Below, piece by piece: positions 37,679 to 48,266 of a stretch of 64,000 bases of DNA (its first letter is position 1; each line of letters starts with the position of its first letter). The stretch comes from an uncultured candidate division Zixibacteria bacterium (GTDB lineage Bacteria > Zixibacteria > MSB-5A5 > GN15 > FEB-12): assembly GCA_963664195.1 (NCBI GenBank), contig OY760907.1:896001-960000 (forward strand). The letters are read 5' to 3'. The notes under the pieces were generated by a model that worked only from the letters and a program-made list of their open reading frames with translations, was not told where the DNA came from and did no database searches. The position numbers and the translations under genes were made by a program.

Positions 37679-38752
37679 ATGAAGATAGATACTACAGAAC
37701 GGTCGGGGATTGACTTCCGCCGAGAGATCAAAGACGGTCCCGCACTGTTGGAACTGGCCCGAGGCTGGCTGAAGCAGGGAAACACGGTGGTAGCTTTGGA
37801 ACTACTACAGTCTGCCCTGGAATCGCCCGAAGCTGAGCGGCTGACCGACATCCGTGCGAAGGTCCTCAAAGAGACCGGGCGCGCCCTGATGATGCAGTCC
37901 GACTGGGACAGAGCAGACTCACATTACCTGGAAGCCCAGCGCCTGTTCCTCTCAGACGAGGACTACCGGGGAGCCTCCGAGTGTGCACGCAACCGGGCTA
38001 ACATGTTCTTCCAGCAGGGCAAGTTTGCCGAATCCGGTAACCTCTGCGAAACCGCCCTCGAATGGGCATCAACGATCAAAGACTATGAGCTTCGCGCCAC
38101 GATCCTCAACACGCTGGCAGCAATCAACTCCTCTACCGGCGAACATCGCGAGGCCCTCCAAACCTTTAAGCTCTGTTTGGCTGACTTCCGAAGCGCCGGC
38201 AACATCCTCCGCCAGGGTTATGTCCTGCTCAATCTCGGTCTGACCCACATTGATCTAAGCGAGTTCCCGGAGGCAATCAACAGCCTCAACGAAGCTCTCG
38301 CTATCGCTATGACTGAAAGAGACTTGCACCTGGTGGAAATATGCTACCAGAACATCTCCAAGTGCTATCTGGAGCAGAACGAAACCATGCTGGCCAAGTC
38401 AGTGATCGATACTGCCCGCAAGATCCTTCCGGGTCTCAACTCCGCAGCTCTCGAGACTGAACTCAACGTAATTGACTGCAAGATCCTGCGACTGATGGGC
38501 GATTTCAACACCGCGCTTGCACTTGCGAACACCACGTATGAACAGGCAGTCGAGAACAAGTTGGCGGCCATCCAGGCTGATGTCCTGTTTGAGCAGGGTC
38601 ATCTGTACAAGCAGATTGGAAATCGCTGCCTGGCAATCGCGAAATTCAACGCCGCTGCGCAGCAATATCGCCAGATTGACATGGATAAGGGATTCCGTGA
38701 TTCTATTCAGGCGGTGGAGCATCTGGAAAAAGGAGCCGATAGGAGACTGTAG
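37679..38752 (+). CDS. Tetratricopeptide-repeat protein
   Basis: Serial helical repeats such as ATILNTLA, GYVLLNLG, ICYQNIS. Confidence 0.85.
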   Translation: MKIDTTERSGIDFRREIKDGPALLELARGWLKQGNTVVALELLQSALESPEAERLTDIRAKVLKETGRALMMQSDWDRADSHYLEAQRLFLSDEDYRGASECARNRANMFFQQGKFAESGNLCETALEWASTIKDYELRATILNTLAAINSSTGEHREALQTFKLCLADFRSAGNILRQGYVLLNLGLTHIDLSEFPEAINSLNEALAIAMTERDLHLVEICYQNISKCYLEQNETMLAKSVIDTARKILPGLNSAALETELNVIDCKILRLMGDFNTALALANTTYEQAVENKLAAIQADVLFEQGHLYKQIGNRCLAIAKFNAAAQQYRQIDMDKGFRDSIQAVEHLEKGADRRL

Positions 38753-38803
38753 ACAGGCAACGAACACCTGCTGCAGTTACTCAGACCGGAAAGACAGGAC
38801 AGC

Positions 38804-40657
38804 ATGCACCACCTGAGCGCCACAAACGCCGATACGGACTGGGCGAGGACAATAGACAACCTGTTGACCCTGGCCAAGGAGGCCAGCCAGTCGTTCGACT
38901 TCGACCGCGCAATCGAATATCTCTGTAACCTCGAGAGAATCTGGGATTCCAAGGGACTCCCGGATTTCTCCATGGAACTGAGAGTCGAATTACACCGGGA
39001 GAAGGGGAAGGCGTTTACGAAGCTCGGAAAGCTCGATGAGGCAATCAACGAGTACCAGCGTATCCTCAAGTTTTGCCAGGATTCCAACCAGCTTGAGGCC
39101 AAGTCCGAGACCTTCACACAAATCGGACAACTCCTGAGCAAACAAGGCGACCATGAGCGCGCGCTCGGCTATCACCAGCGGGCAATCGGCGCCTATCGCA
39201 GGCTCAGGGACAACACTGGCATGTGCAAGGCACTCCGCAACCTGGGCGTCAGCTATATTGAATTGGGTGAATTCGAGGAGGCCGAAGACACCTACCAGCA
39301 GGCGATTGAAATCGCTGAGCAACTCGGTGACCGTCTGCTGTATGCTGATCTCGTCAACAACCTTGGCGCGATCCTCAACATGAAGGGCAATTGGGAAGAG
39401 GCTCTGGACAAGTACCAGGTGTCATTGGAGATTTATGCCGCAGAGAACGAAATCAGAAAAAGCGGCTATGCCAAGAACAATGTCGCGATTACCTTCAACG
39501 AGCAGGGAATGCACGACGAGGCGTTCACGTATTTCCGGTCCGCCTATGATATCGCCAATCAGATCAACGACGCCTCCCTGGCGCTCATTGTCGATATCAA
39601 TCTGGCGGATTTGTATCTGAAGAAGCGGATGCTCTCCGAGGCCAAGTCTCACTGTGAGAAGGCCGAACAACACCTCACCGGGTCCAACCTCACTAACGGT
39701 CACCTGATCGAGGTTAAGATGATCGCCGGAAAGATCGCCACGCACGAAAAGGATCACAACACGGCAGTGAGCCATTTCAACGAAGCGTTCGATTTGTGTC
39801 GCGAAATCGGCGCCCGGTTCCTTGAGGCCGAAGTTCTTCTTGAACGCGGTACCCTGCTGCGGATACTGGGAAAACACTTCGACGCGCTCAACGATCTTGA
39901 GGCATCATACCATCTCTATTCCTCCCTCAAAGCCGAAGGAAAACGGGAGCAGACCGAAAAGGTCATCAAATCTATCGAAACCTTGTACCTCGAAGTCTTT
40001 GACTCAATGGGCAAAGAGGTGGATCACAAGGATAAGTACACCAAGGGTCACTCTGATCGTGTGGCCTCTCTCGCACTCCTGCTCGCCCGCGAGTTGGGGC
40101 TTCGGAGTCACGTGCTCAAAACGATCGTCGCCGGCGCGCTGCTCCACGATATCGGCAAAATCGAAGTTGACGACTCGATACTGAAAAAGGCCGGACGGCT
40201 CACCGACGAAGAATTCGTGCAAATCAAAAAGCACCCCGAGATGGGCGTGGAACTCCTGCGTGGCAAAGAATTCCCGTGGGAAATCAAACCGCTGGTCCTG
40301 CACCATCACGAGAAGTATGACGGTTCCGGCTACCCTCTCGGCCTCAAAGGTGAAGACATCCCACTCGGTGCAAGAATTGTCTGTGTGGCGGACGTGTTCG
40401 ACGCACTCACCTCGGACCGGGTCTACCGTAAGGCGTTTGACACAGAGAAGGCTCTGGATATCATGAAGCAGGAATCGGGCTCCTCATTTGATCCCATGAT
40501 CCTGAAGTGCTTCATAGAAATGATTGACGGCGGCAAGGCCAATCTCGTGATCAACTCACGCACACGCGAGAACGAGATGTACAGCATATGGTCGAAGTGT
40601 AGCAACATAGACGGACAGCCGCTTGACGAATCCGGCCGCATCCCCGTAACTCACTGA
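38804..40657 (+). CDS. TPR + HD-GYP cyclic dinucleotide phosphodiesterase
   Basis: N-terminal TPRs; YTKGHSDRV, LLHDIGK, HHEKYDGSGYP, VADVFDALTSDRVYR. Confidence 0.93.
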   Translation: MHHLSATNADTDWARTIDNLLTLAKEASQSFDFDRAIEYLCNLERIWDSKGLPDFSMELRVELHREKGKAFTKLGKLDEAINEYQRILKFCQDSNQLEAKSETFTQIGQLLSKQGDHERALGYHQRAIGAYRRLRDNTGMCKALRNLGVSYIELGEFEEAEDTYQQAIEIAEQLGDRLLYADLVNNLGAILNMKGNWEEALDKYQVSLEIYAAENEIRKSGYAKNNVAITFNEQGMHDEAFTYFRSAYDIANQINDASLALIVDINLADLYLKKRMLSEAKSHCEKAEQHLTGSNLTNGHLIEVKMIAGKIATHEKDHNTAVSHFNEAFDLCREIGARFLEAEVLLERGTLLRILGKHFDALNDLEASYHLYSSLKAEGKREQTEKVIKSIETLYLEVFDSMGKEVDHKDKYTKGHSDRVASLALLLARELGLRSHVLKTIVAGALLHDIGKIEVDDSILKKAGRLTDEEFVQIKKHPEMGVELLRGKEFPWEIKPLVLHHHEKYDGSGYPLGLKGEDIPLGARIVCVADVFDALTSDRVYRKAFDTEKALDIMKQESGSSFDPMILKCFIEMIDGGKANLVINSRTRENEMYSIWSKCSNIDGQPLDESGRIPVTH

Positions 40658-40812
40658 CATTCCGGCTATCGGACTTCCTGTACGCCGAACGATCATGTAC
40701 CCAAATCGAGAATCCTACCGGTCAAACTTCTCCTCTTTGTGTCGACATGTACACAAAAGAGCGGGCTGGACTATTAATCAGGGTTATACCGATAACCCGC
40801 GGGGCAAATCTT

Positions 40813-41217
40813 ATGGCAGAGATCACTTGGCTATAGACTCTCGAGACCGGGATCGAATCAATCGACGTGCAGCACAAGCAGTTGATTGGTATCGTCAATG
40901 AGTTCGATCAGTCCTTCCGGCGGGGTGCAAAACGGGAGGCAATGGTCCAAGCACTCGACTCTCTGGAAGAGCACATCGATTATCATTTCACGGATGAAGA
41001 GCGGTTCATGCGGGAGATCGGCTATGATCGTCTCGACCTGCAGCTACGCGCTCACGAAGGTTTGAAACGTCAGGTCACCCGTCTCAGGGAAGAGTACGAA
41101 AAGGGTGAAACCACGGGAATCTCGGAAATGGCCGCCCTGCTGAGCCAGTGGCTTCTGCGGCACATCATGATTGACGACAAGGCCATAGGCAAATTCGCCG
41201 ACGCCCTGCATCAATAA
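40813..41217 (+). pseudogene. Bacteriohemerythrin with in-frame TAG at codon 8
   Basis: MAEITWL*TLETGIESIDVQHKQL...HFTDEE...H...WLLRHIMIDD; TAG at 40834-40836. Confidence 0.75.
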
Positions 41218-41402
41218 CCGGGACCAGCCACACCCGTCATCTTCGGTTCGCGGTGTGAATCGGGAGGGAACCTTGCCGCGCATCCACCGTTGTATTCGCC
41301 GTGGCGCTTTGCCTTTAAACCTAGTATAATACCTCCTTCAGATGGTCGAGGAGTTTAAGAGTCCGGCTGTAGTCATATCCATGTTTGTTGGTAAAAAGTT
41401 CT

Positions 41403-44400
41403 ATGAATGAGTCCGCCCTGCTCACATCACAACGGTCGTATCTGCCGTTCGGTTTTCCGCTGTCCCGCAGATCGTGGGACTTATTTGAAGTCAAGCCGCT
41501 GATAGAGTCTCTGGCGCCCACCTGGTCGTCCTCGGAAGGCCACGCTGTCCGCAAACTGGCCGACAGGTTCAACCGTCGACGTTTCAAGGAGTTCCGTCCC
41601 GGCGAGCTAATCCAGGCAGGCGAACTGATGACGGTCGGTGTGATTGTCGATGTCCTGCGCTACATCCTGGTTGTCTACAACCATCGCGACAACGCAGGCG
41701 TAATGAGCCGCGGAGTCGCCGAGGTCGCCTCGCATCTTGGCACGTCAGTGGTGGATCGTCCTCCGACGGCATTTGTCAATCTCTTCCCGCCGCTGCCGGT
41801 GATGCTTGAGAAAGTGCCGGAGAAAGATTTTCTGAAAGCTGCTTCGAAGGATATCTCGAATTTCGACAAAGTGACAGCAGAGTTGATTCTCCTGTCCTTG
41901 TCTATGGAGAACCCGGCTTTTAAGCCGTTCCGCGACCTGTTCCACGATAGAGACCTGTGCGATGCCGCACCCTATCGCTCGATGATCGGCGGCCTGGAGC
42001 GCTTTTACAAAAACCAGCCGGATTTCGACCCGCTGAATCTTCCCCTTTTCGAGGCAATGCGCCTGCCGATGCGGGAATGCCCGGATTCAGTCGAGGATCA
42101 GTTGCGGTTCATCCTCAAACACTGGGCCTCCTTCCTGCCCCTGGAGCTGGTGCGGCGACTGACGTTGGCATCGGACATACTCAAGGAGGAAACGCAACTC
42201 CGCGGACTAGGCGGTGGACCGAATCTGGTCATGGAATTCACACGCGAAGTCGACGACGCCGGCTATCCCGAACCGGCCCGGTTTTCCCGTGACGCAGACT
42301 GGATGTCCAACGTCGTGATCATCGCCAAGACGGCATACGTTTGGCTCGACCAGCTTTCAAAGAAATACAAACGGGACATTCGCATTTTGAGCGATGTGCC
42401 GGACGAAGAACTGGATCGCCTCGCTCGCTGGGGGTTCACCGGACTGTGGTTGATCGGCCTGTGGGAACGATCAGCAGCCTCAGAGAAGATCAAGAAGATG
42501 ATGGGCAATCCCGAGGCGGCAGCCTCGGCGTATTCGCTCTACGATTACGATATCGCAGCGGAACTCGGCGGTGAAGAAGCCTACCAGAACCTTCGCGCCC
42601 GCGCCTGGGATCGGGGAATACGTTTGGCCTCGGACATGGTGCCGAACCACATGGGCATTTACTCGCGCTGGGTCATCGAACACCCGAACTGGTTTGTTCA
42701 GGACGATCATCCTCCCTTCCCGAACTATGCGTTCACCGGCGAAGACCTGTCCTGGGATGATCGAGTGGTGCTTCAGATCGAGGACGGGTACTGGGAGCAT
42801 CGCGACGCAGCGGTTGTGTTCAAACGGATCGACAAGCATACCGGCGATGTAAAGTACATTTATCACGGCAACGACGGTACCAGCATGCCGTGGAACGACA
42901 CCGCTCAATTGAATTTCATGATGTCGGAAGTGCGCGAGGCGGTGATCCAGACGATCCTGCACGTCGCCCGCAAGTTCCCGATCATCCGGTTCGATGCCGC
43001 CATGACGCTCGCCAAGAAGCATTACCAACGACTCTGGTTCCCGAAACCCGGCGATGCCGGCGCTATTCCCTCACGGGCTGAGCACTCGATGACCAGGGCG
43101 CAGTTCGACGAGGCCTTCCCGGCTGAGTTCTGGCGCAACGTGGTCGACCGGGTGGCAGCCGAAGTGCCCGACACACTGCTTCTGGCGGAAGCCTTCTGGC
43201 TGATGGAGGGATATTTCGTTCGCACCCTCGGCATGCACCGCGTGTACAATAGCGCCTTCATGAACATGCTGAAGATGGAAGACAACTGCAAGTATCGCTT
43301 GACGATCAAGAACGTCCTCCGGTTCAGCCCGGAAGTCCTCAAGCGGTTCGTCAATTTCATGAACAACCCGGACGAGGACACCGCTATTGCGCAGTTTGGC
43401 GACGGTGACAAGTATTTTGGTGTGGCAATGCTCATGGTCACCATGCCGGGGCTGCCGATGTTCGGTCACGGGCAGATCGAGGGGCTGACTGAGAAATACG
43501 GCATGGAGTATCGCAAGGCGTATTGGGACGAACAGACTAACGAAGGTCTTGTCACTCGCCACGAGCGGGAGATTTTCCCCCTGATGCGCCGCCGTGAGCT
43601 GTTCTCCGGAGCAGAAAACTTTGCCTTTTTCGACTTCATGACCCCCGATGGCTGGGTGGATGAAAACGTGTACGCCTACACCAACCGATGCGGCGATCAA
43701 CGAGCGGTGATACTTTTCAACAACGCCTATGAAACAACACGCGGGCAGATTCACACTTCGACACCCATTAATGTTGCCTCGGATGAAGACGAGTTCATCG
43801 TGACAAGAACGTTGGCCGAAGCTCTGGGACTGAACACTTCTTGCGGACATTTTTACAAATTCAGCGATCATCATGCTGGCCTTGAGTTTATCAGAGGCGG
43901 TCAACAGATAGCGGACGATGGCCTCTTCGCCGAACTCGGAGGCTACCAGTATCACGCCTTCATGGATTTCCGTGAGATATTCGACTTCGACGGTTCCTGG
44001 GGTGAGCTATGCTGGCGACTCAACGGAAGGGGCGTCCCGAACCTTGACGAGGCTTATCGAGAGATGCGATTTGAGCCGGTTCTGACGCCGTTCCGCGAAA
44101 CCGTAAACGCGGAGGTGCTACGCAATCTGGCGTCGAATAACGGCAAAGCACACAAGCAGTTCGAGAAATCCATAGCTTCCCTGCTCGGGAAAATCGACGA
44201 GTTCGCCGGCAACGGTCAGGACACAGAAGAGGTCATGAAGGAGATTCACGACGAATTGAGCGCCCTGAAAGAAACCGAATTTGAGGTCAAGAAAGACAGC
44301 AACGAACGATCTCTGCATCATGTGCTGGCTGGATGGATTGCCTCACGGCACATTGGTCGAGTAGGCATCACAGAAAACGACGCAAAACATGTCGATGAAT

Positions 44401-44855
44401 CGGGTGGGCCAAGTCCGAGACTTCTCGCCAGACACCGCCTCGAAGACTGGCTGTTGCGCAAGAGCATGGCCCAGGCCTACTCTGAGTTCAGCGGCGATAA
44501 TGCGGCGGGTTGGTTTGATGCCCTGCTGGTATCGGTCGGCGTGGCGCACGACAATTTCTTTGACCCGTCGTCGAAACTGACCCTTGCAGAGAGTTTGACA
44601 AGCATTCTTGAGGATCCGCTCGGCTCGCAGTATCTCCAGATCAACCGCCACAGGGAGATTGACTATCTCAACAAAGAGCAACTTGAGAGAATGCTTGAGG
44701 CACTGGCGTTGATAATGGAAGTCCGTTTGCATTCGCGCGGCATCCCGGGACATGATACAATGGCGCTGGCGCGTCGACGGATTAAGCTGATCACCGCGGC
44801 GGCTGAGAAATCGGGGTACCAGGTTGATAAGATGATTACGCTGTTGAAGAAGTAG
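41403..44855 (+). CDS. Large alpha-amylase family (GH13-like) glycoside hydrolase
   Basis: DMVPNH, RFDAAM (nucleophile), AEAFW (acid/base), NNPDE, TMPGLPM. Confidence 0.88.
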   Translation: MNESALLTSQRSYLPFGFPLSRRSWDLFEVKPLIESLAPTWSSSEGHAVRKLADRFNRRRFKEFRPGELIQAGELMTVGVIVDVLRYILVVYNHRDNAGVMSRGVAEVASHLGTSVVDRPPTAFVNLFPPLPVMLEKVPEKDFLKAASKDISNFDKVTAELILLSLSMENPAFKPFRDLFHDRDLCDAAPYRSMIGGLERFYKNQPDFDPLNLPLFEAMRLPMRECPDSVEDQLRFILKHWASFLPLELVRRLTLASDILKEETQLRGLGGGPNLVMEFTREVDDAGYPEPARFSRDADWMSNVVIIAKTAYVWLDQLSKKYKRDIRILSDVPDEELDRLARWGFTGLWLIGLWERSAASEKIKKMMGNPEAAASAYSLYDYDIAAELGGEEAYQNLRARAWDRGIRLASDMVPNHMGIYSRWVIEHPNWFVQDDHPPFPNYAFTGEDLSWDDRVVLQIEDGYWEHRDAAVVFKRIDKHTGDVKYIYHGNDGTSMPWNDTAQLNFMMSEVREAVIQTILHVARKFPIIRFDAAMTLAKKHYQRLWFPKPGDAGAIPSRAEHSMTRAQFDEAFPAEFWRNVVDRVAAEVPDTLLLAEAFWLMEGYFVRTLGMHRVYNSAFMNMLKMEDNCKYRLTIKNVLRFSPEVLKRFVNFMNNPDEDTAIAQFGDGDKYFGVAMLMVTMPGLPMFGHGQIEGLTEKYGMEYRKAYWDEQTNEGLVTRHEREIFPLMRRRELFSGAENFAFFDFMTPDGWVDENVYAYTNRCGDQRAVILFNNAYETTRGQIHTSTPINVASDEDEFIVTRTLAEALGLNTSCGHFYKFSDHHAGLEFIRGGQQIADDGLFAELGGYQYHAFMDFREIFDFDGSWGELCWRLNGRGVPNLDEAYREMRFEPVLTPFRETVNAEVLRNLASNNGKAHKQFEKSIASLLGKIDEFAGNGQDTEEVMKEIHDELSALKETEFEVKKDSNERSLHHVLAGWIASRHIGRVGITENDAKHVDESGGPSPRLLARHRLEDWLLRKSMAQAYSEFSGDNAAGWFDALLVSVGVAHDNFFDPSSKLTLAESLTSILEDPLGSQYLQINRHREIDYLNKEQLERMLEALALIMEVRLHSRGIPGHDTMALARRRIKLITAAAEKSGYQVDKMITLLKK

Positions 44856-45013
44856 CACCGGCGGTGTCTACCACGGTACAAAGTCATTTCGTTTTCGTGG
44901 GCGATGGCAGACCACAGTCTGCCACCGCCTAACGTCACATCGTTATCCGGAAATTCATCGAGTACACTATCGTGTGCCGCACACATGACTCGCGCCGAAA
45001 GGCGTGAGAGAAG

Positions 45014-45031
45014 TCCCCTCTTGAGAGGGGA
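45014..45031. repeat. Intergenic palindrome TCCCCTCT-TG-AGAGGGGA (REP-like)
   Basis: Perfect 8-bp stem between convergent genes. Confidence 0.4.
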
Positions 45032-45107
45032 TTCAGGGGGGTGTTTCTTTCGCTGGGGAATGTCTGAGAGTTGTCGAAACTGCAGGAATTTCGACCTACC
45101 AATCCGA

Positions 45108-46253
45108 TTACGATTCCAATTCCGCCCAGAGACGATTTATCGAGGATTCCAGCAATCCCGCCTGCCAGCGCATGAGCGGACCGGCTTCCATGATTTCATC
45201 TATAGTTCGTGGCTTGCTTTTCACAATCGCCTCAAGCGTCGCTCTCGGGGCAAGCACACCCTGATCAATCTGCAGTTCGTTGGCAATACGCGCGCACTCG
45301 TCTCGAAGTTGATCAAACCCCGGTCCGGGGGGACCGTTGTAACGGCCACGAATATGCTGCGGCCAGTCTTCTGGTGGCAACTGTTTGGCCTGATCAATCG
45401 CGCTTTCAAGCTCGCGGAGCCGTCGCCCGTTGCAGTGGGGAGGCAGATCCGGACCGGCATGGCGGAGACGATGGCCGTTGGCCTCGCACCAGACAGCGAG
45501 TTCGAGTATGAGGCTGTTGAGCATAATCTTGAAGGCCGGTATGTCAGCCCGGCTGGCTTCAGACTCACGCCATTTCCATATCTCCCGTACGAAGGCCATC
45601 TGCCGTGGCTTGAGATAGCGCACTCCCTTGACTCGCCAGGCCCGGTCTTCGTCCCGGTGGTTCGCAACCGCCGTAACGGCAACCTGCCGCGCACAAGACT
45701 CCCGGTGCCATTCGGTTCGCCCAAGTTTCTCCAACTTTGCCGCCAGCGTGTCGGCCAGCGACGGAAGATACCGGGTATCATCGCAGGCATAGCTGAGTTG
45801 CGATGGAGTGAGCGGACGCCGCGACCAATCAGACTTTTGCCCTTGTTTGGTCAGGGCGACATCAAGAAACTGGCCTGCCATTGCCACGAGGCCAATCTGT
45901 TCACAGCCAAGTAGTTGAGCGGCAAGCAGAGTATCGAATACCTCTCGGTGGGCTTCAAATCCAAAAGACTGACGCAACATTCGAAGATCATACTCGGCTG
46001 AATGGAAAATCAACGGTTTTTCGGAGAGAATCCCAAGGAAGGTGCTGAGATCAAGATCAACCAGCGGATCGACAATATAGTGATCACCCGACACCGTTAG
46101 CTGGATCAGACAAACCTTCTCATGGTAATGATGAAGGCTGTCGGCCTCCGTGTCGAGAGCGATTCGGTCTGCTGTTACGAGGCAATCACAGAGTGTCGCC
46201 AGAGCTGAGGCGGAATCGACATATTCATAAAGAACGTCAGGTTGTGTAGCCAA
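45108..46253 (-). CDS. rnd: Ribonuclease D (DEDDy exonuclease + HRDC)
   Basis: ALDTEAD, CLIQL, FHSAEYDL, FDTLLA, SDWSRRPL, YACDD. Confidence 0.9.
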   Translation of the reverse strand: MATQPDVLYEYVDSASALATLCDCLVTADRIALDTEADSLHHYHEKVCLIQLTVSGDHYIVDPLVDLDLSTFLGILSEKPLIFHSAEYDLRMLRQSFGFEAHREVFDTLLAAQLLGCEQIGLVAMAGQFLDVALTKQGQKSDWSRRPLTPSQLSYACDDTRYLPSLADTLAAKLEKLGRTEWHRESCARQVAVTAVANHRDEDRAWRVKGVRYLKPRQMAFVREIWKWRESEASRADIPAFKIMLNSLILELAVWCEANGHRLRHAGPDLPPHCNGRRLRELESAIDQAKQLPPEDWPQHIRGRYNGPPGPGFDQLRDECARIANELQIDQGVLAPRATLEAIVKSKPRTIDEIMEAGPLMRWQAGLLESSINRLWAELES

Positions 46254-46509
46254 ATGGAGGCTCTTCCTCTGATGCTTCGGACCAAAAGCGAGTTACTGTT
46301 GTCTTCTATTCTTCTGCAGTGCCTGTCCCTGGGTTCAGCATAGTACAGTATGAGACGGCAAGATGTCAAGAATTTACAGTAGACTGTCTCAAGTCCCCGG
46401 CGAGATGAAGGCAACCTTGCCGGCAATTGTCTTGTGTTTTCGGGAAAATCCATTACATTCGCGTTCTCTTGATGATTAGCGGCTTGAGACAGCCTGAAGA
46501 AACGAAAAG

Positions 46510-46995
46510 ATGCCAGAGAGACCGTTGAAACAACATACTGCTACAGCATTTCTGATTTCCCGCGAGGAGCCGCGTCGAGTGTTGCTGCTACATCACAAAA
46601 CGCTGAACAAGTGGCAGCCACCCGGAGGGCACCAGAATCCGGACGAAAACCCTTGCCAGACGGTGATTCGCGAGACGATTGAGGAAACTGGTATCGACAT
46701 AGCGCCCTTTCTCCCGAAGCCCGTACAACTTGATGGAAGGGCAACTATGCTGCCGCTCCCGGAGTATTTCCTTGAGGAGCAGATTCCGGCACACAAAGAC
46801 AAACCTGCCCACGTCCATCTGGACATGGTGTACGTAGTCGAAGTGCCGATACAGAAAGCAGTGTTGGAGAGAGACGGCGCGCACGAAATCGGCTGGTTTT
46901 TAGTGGAAGAAGCGATGCAACTTGACATGTTTGTCAACGTGCGGGTTACTCTGGCAGAGATTTTTGATTTGTATGAAGGTAAGGTTCGTGGATAA
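46510..46995 (+). CDS. NUDIX hydrolase
   Basis: PGGHQNPDENPCQTVIRETIEETG Nudix box; HVHLD. Confidence 0.9.
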   Translation: MPERPLKQHTATAFLISREEPRRVLLLHHKTLNKWQPPGGHQNPDENPCQTVIRETIEETGIDIAPFLPKPVQLDGRATMLPLPEYFLEEQIPAHKDKPAHVHLDMVYVVEVPIQKAVLERDGAHEIGWFLVEEAMQLDMFVNVRVTLAEIFDLYEGKVRG

Positions 46996-48178
46996 GACGA
47001 CAAGTTCAGAAAAATACATCGCCAAGACACTGTACGGTCTTGAAGACCTCCTGGCGACAGAATTGAAGTCACTGGGGGCCAGCGGCGTGCACCCTATGAT
47101 TCGCGCGGTGGAATTCGAGGGCGGCAAACGCCTCATGTACAAGGCCAATCTCTGGTGCCGGTTGACGACGCGAATTCTCAAGCCAATCGCAAGGTTCCAT
47201 GCAGCCAACGGCGATCAATTGTACAAAGAGATGTCGCGAATCAAGTGGTGCAACTACCTTGATGCGGACTCGACTCTGGCAATCGACAGCGTGGTGAGCC
47301 ATTCCGGGTTTAACCACACGCACTATGTGGCACAGCGGGCCAAGGATGCCATTGTCGACCAGATCCGCAATCGGACAGGACGACGTCCTTCGGTTGATGT
47401 AGACAACCCGGATCTCAGACTGAATCTGCACATCCACCAGAACCGGGCGACCTTGTCGTTGGATTCCTCTGGCGACGGCCTGCATCGTCGGGGCTATCGC
47501 ACCGAAGGCGGCAAAGCCCCCGTGAACGAAGTTCTGGCGGCGGGAATCTTGACGCTCACCGGCTGGAATATGTCCGTGCCACTGGTTGATATCATGTGCG
47601 GATCCGGCACCTTCGTGATTGAAGCCGCTATGATGGCACGTCGTATGGCACCAGGGCTGCTCAAGAAGAAATTCGGTTTCCAAAATTGGAGCGATTACGC
47701 GCCGGAGCTTTTTGAGACCGTCCGGAAGGAGGCAGAACAAGCCGCGCTGCCCAACCTGCCGTTCGGATTGTTCGGCTCCGACAAAAACCGGCACCAGGTT
47801 GCCGACGCCCAGAGTAATGCCAGAAGGGCCGGAGTGGCCGACGACGTGACGTTCGCCGATCATCCCTTCGATGAATCTGACCCGCCCCCGCCGCCGGGCG
47901 TGTTGGTAATCAATCCTCCGTACGGCGAGCGCATCCAGGTAGAAGATATCAAAAGCCTGTATAGTAGCATCGGCGACACCCTCAAGAAGAAATTCACCGG
48001 CTACGACGCCTTTGTTTTCACGGGCAACCTTGAAGCCGCCAAGCATGTGGGACTGAGGACGTCGCGTAAGATCAAGCTGGTCAACGGTGCGATTGAATGC
48101 CGGCTGCTCAAGTACGAAATGTACATGGGCACGCGCAAGGCGAAGAAGTTACAGCAGATGAGTGACGAGCAGCAGTAG
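46988..48178 (+). CDS. THUMP-domain RNA methyltransferase (RlmL-like)
   Basis: GLEDLLATEL, LDSSG..LHRRGYR, DIMCGSGTF, NPPYGER; start may be 46973. Confidence 0.9.
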   Translation: MDKTTSSEKYIAKTLYGLEDLLATELKSLGASGVHPMIRAVEFEGGKRLMYKANLWCRLTTRILKPIARFHAANGDQLYKEMSRIKWCNYLDADSTLAIDSVVSHSGFNHTHYVAQRAKDAIVDQIRNRTGRRPSVDVDNPDLRLNLHIHQNRATLSLDSSGDGLHRRGYRTEGGKAPVNEVLAAGILTLTGWNMSVPLVDIMCGSGTFVIEAAMMARRMAPGLLKKKFGFQNWSDYAPELFETVRKEAEQAALPNLPFGLFGSDKNRHQVADAQSNARRAGVADDVTFADHPFDESDPPPPPGVLVINPPYGERIQVEDIKSLYSSIGDTLKKKFTGYDAFVFTGNLEAAKHVGLRTSRKIKLVNGAIECRLLKYEMYMGTRKAKKLQQMSDEQQ

Positions 48179-48266
48179 AGGCATATTTCGACAAGCTCGG
48201 ATTCAACCATCCCGCCGATAGATACTCTTTGACATTTCGCGCGCAAATCACCTTACTGACAGTCAC

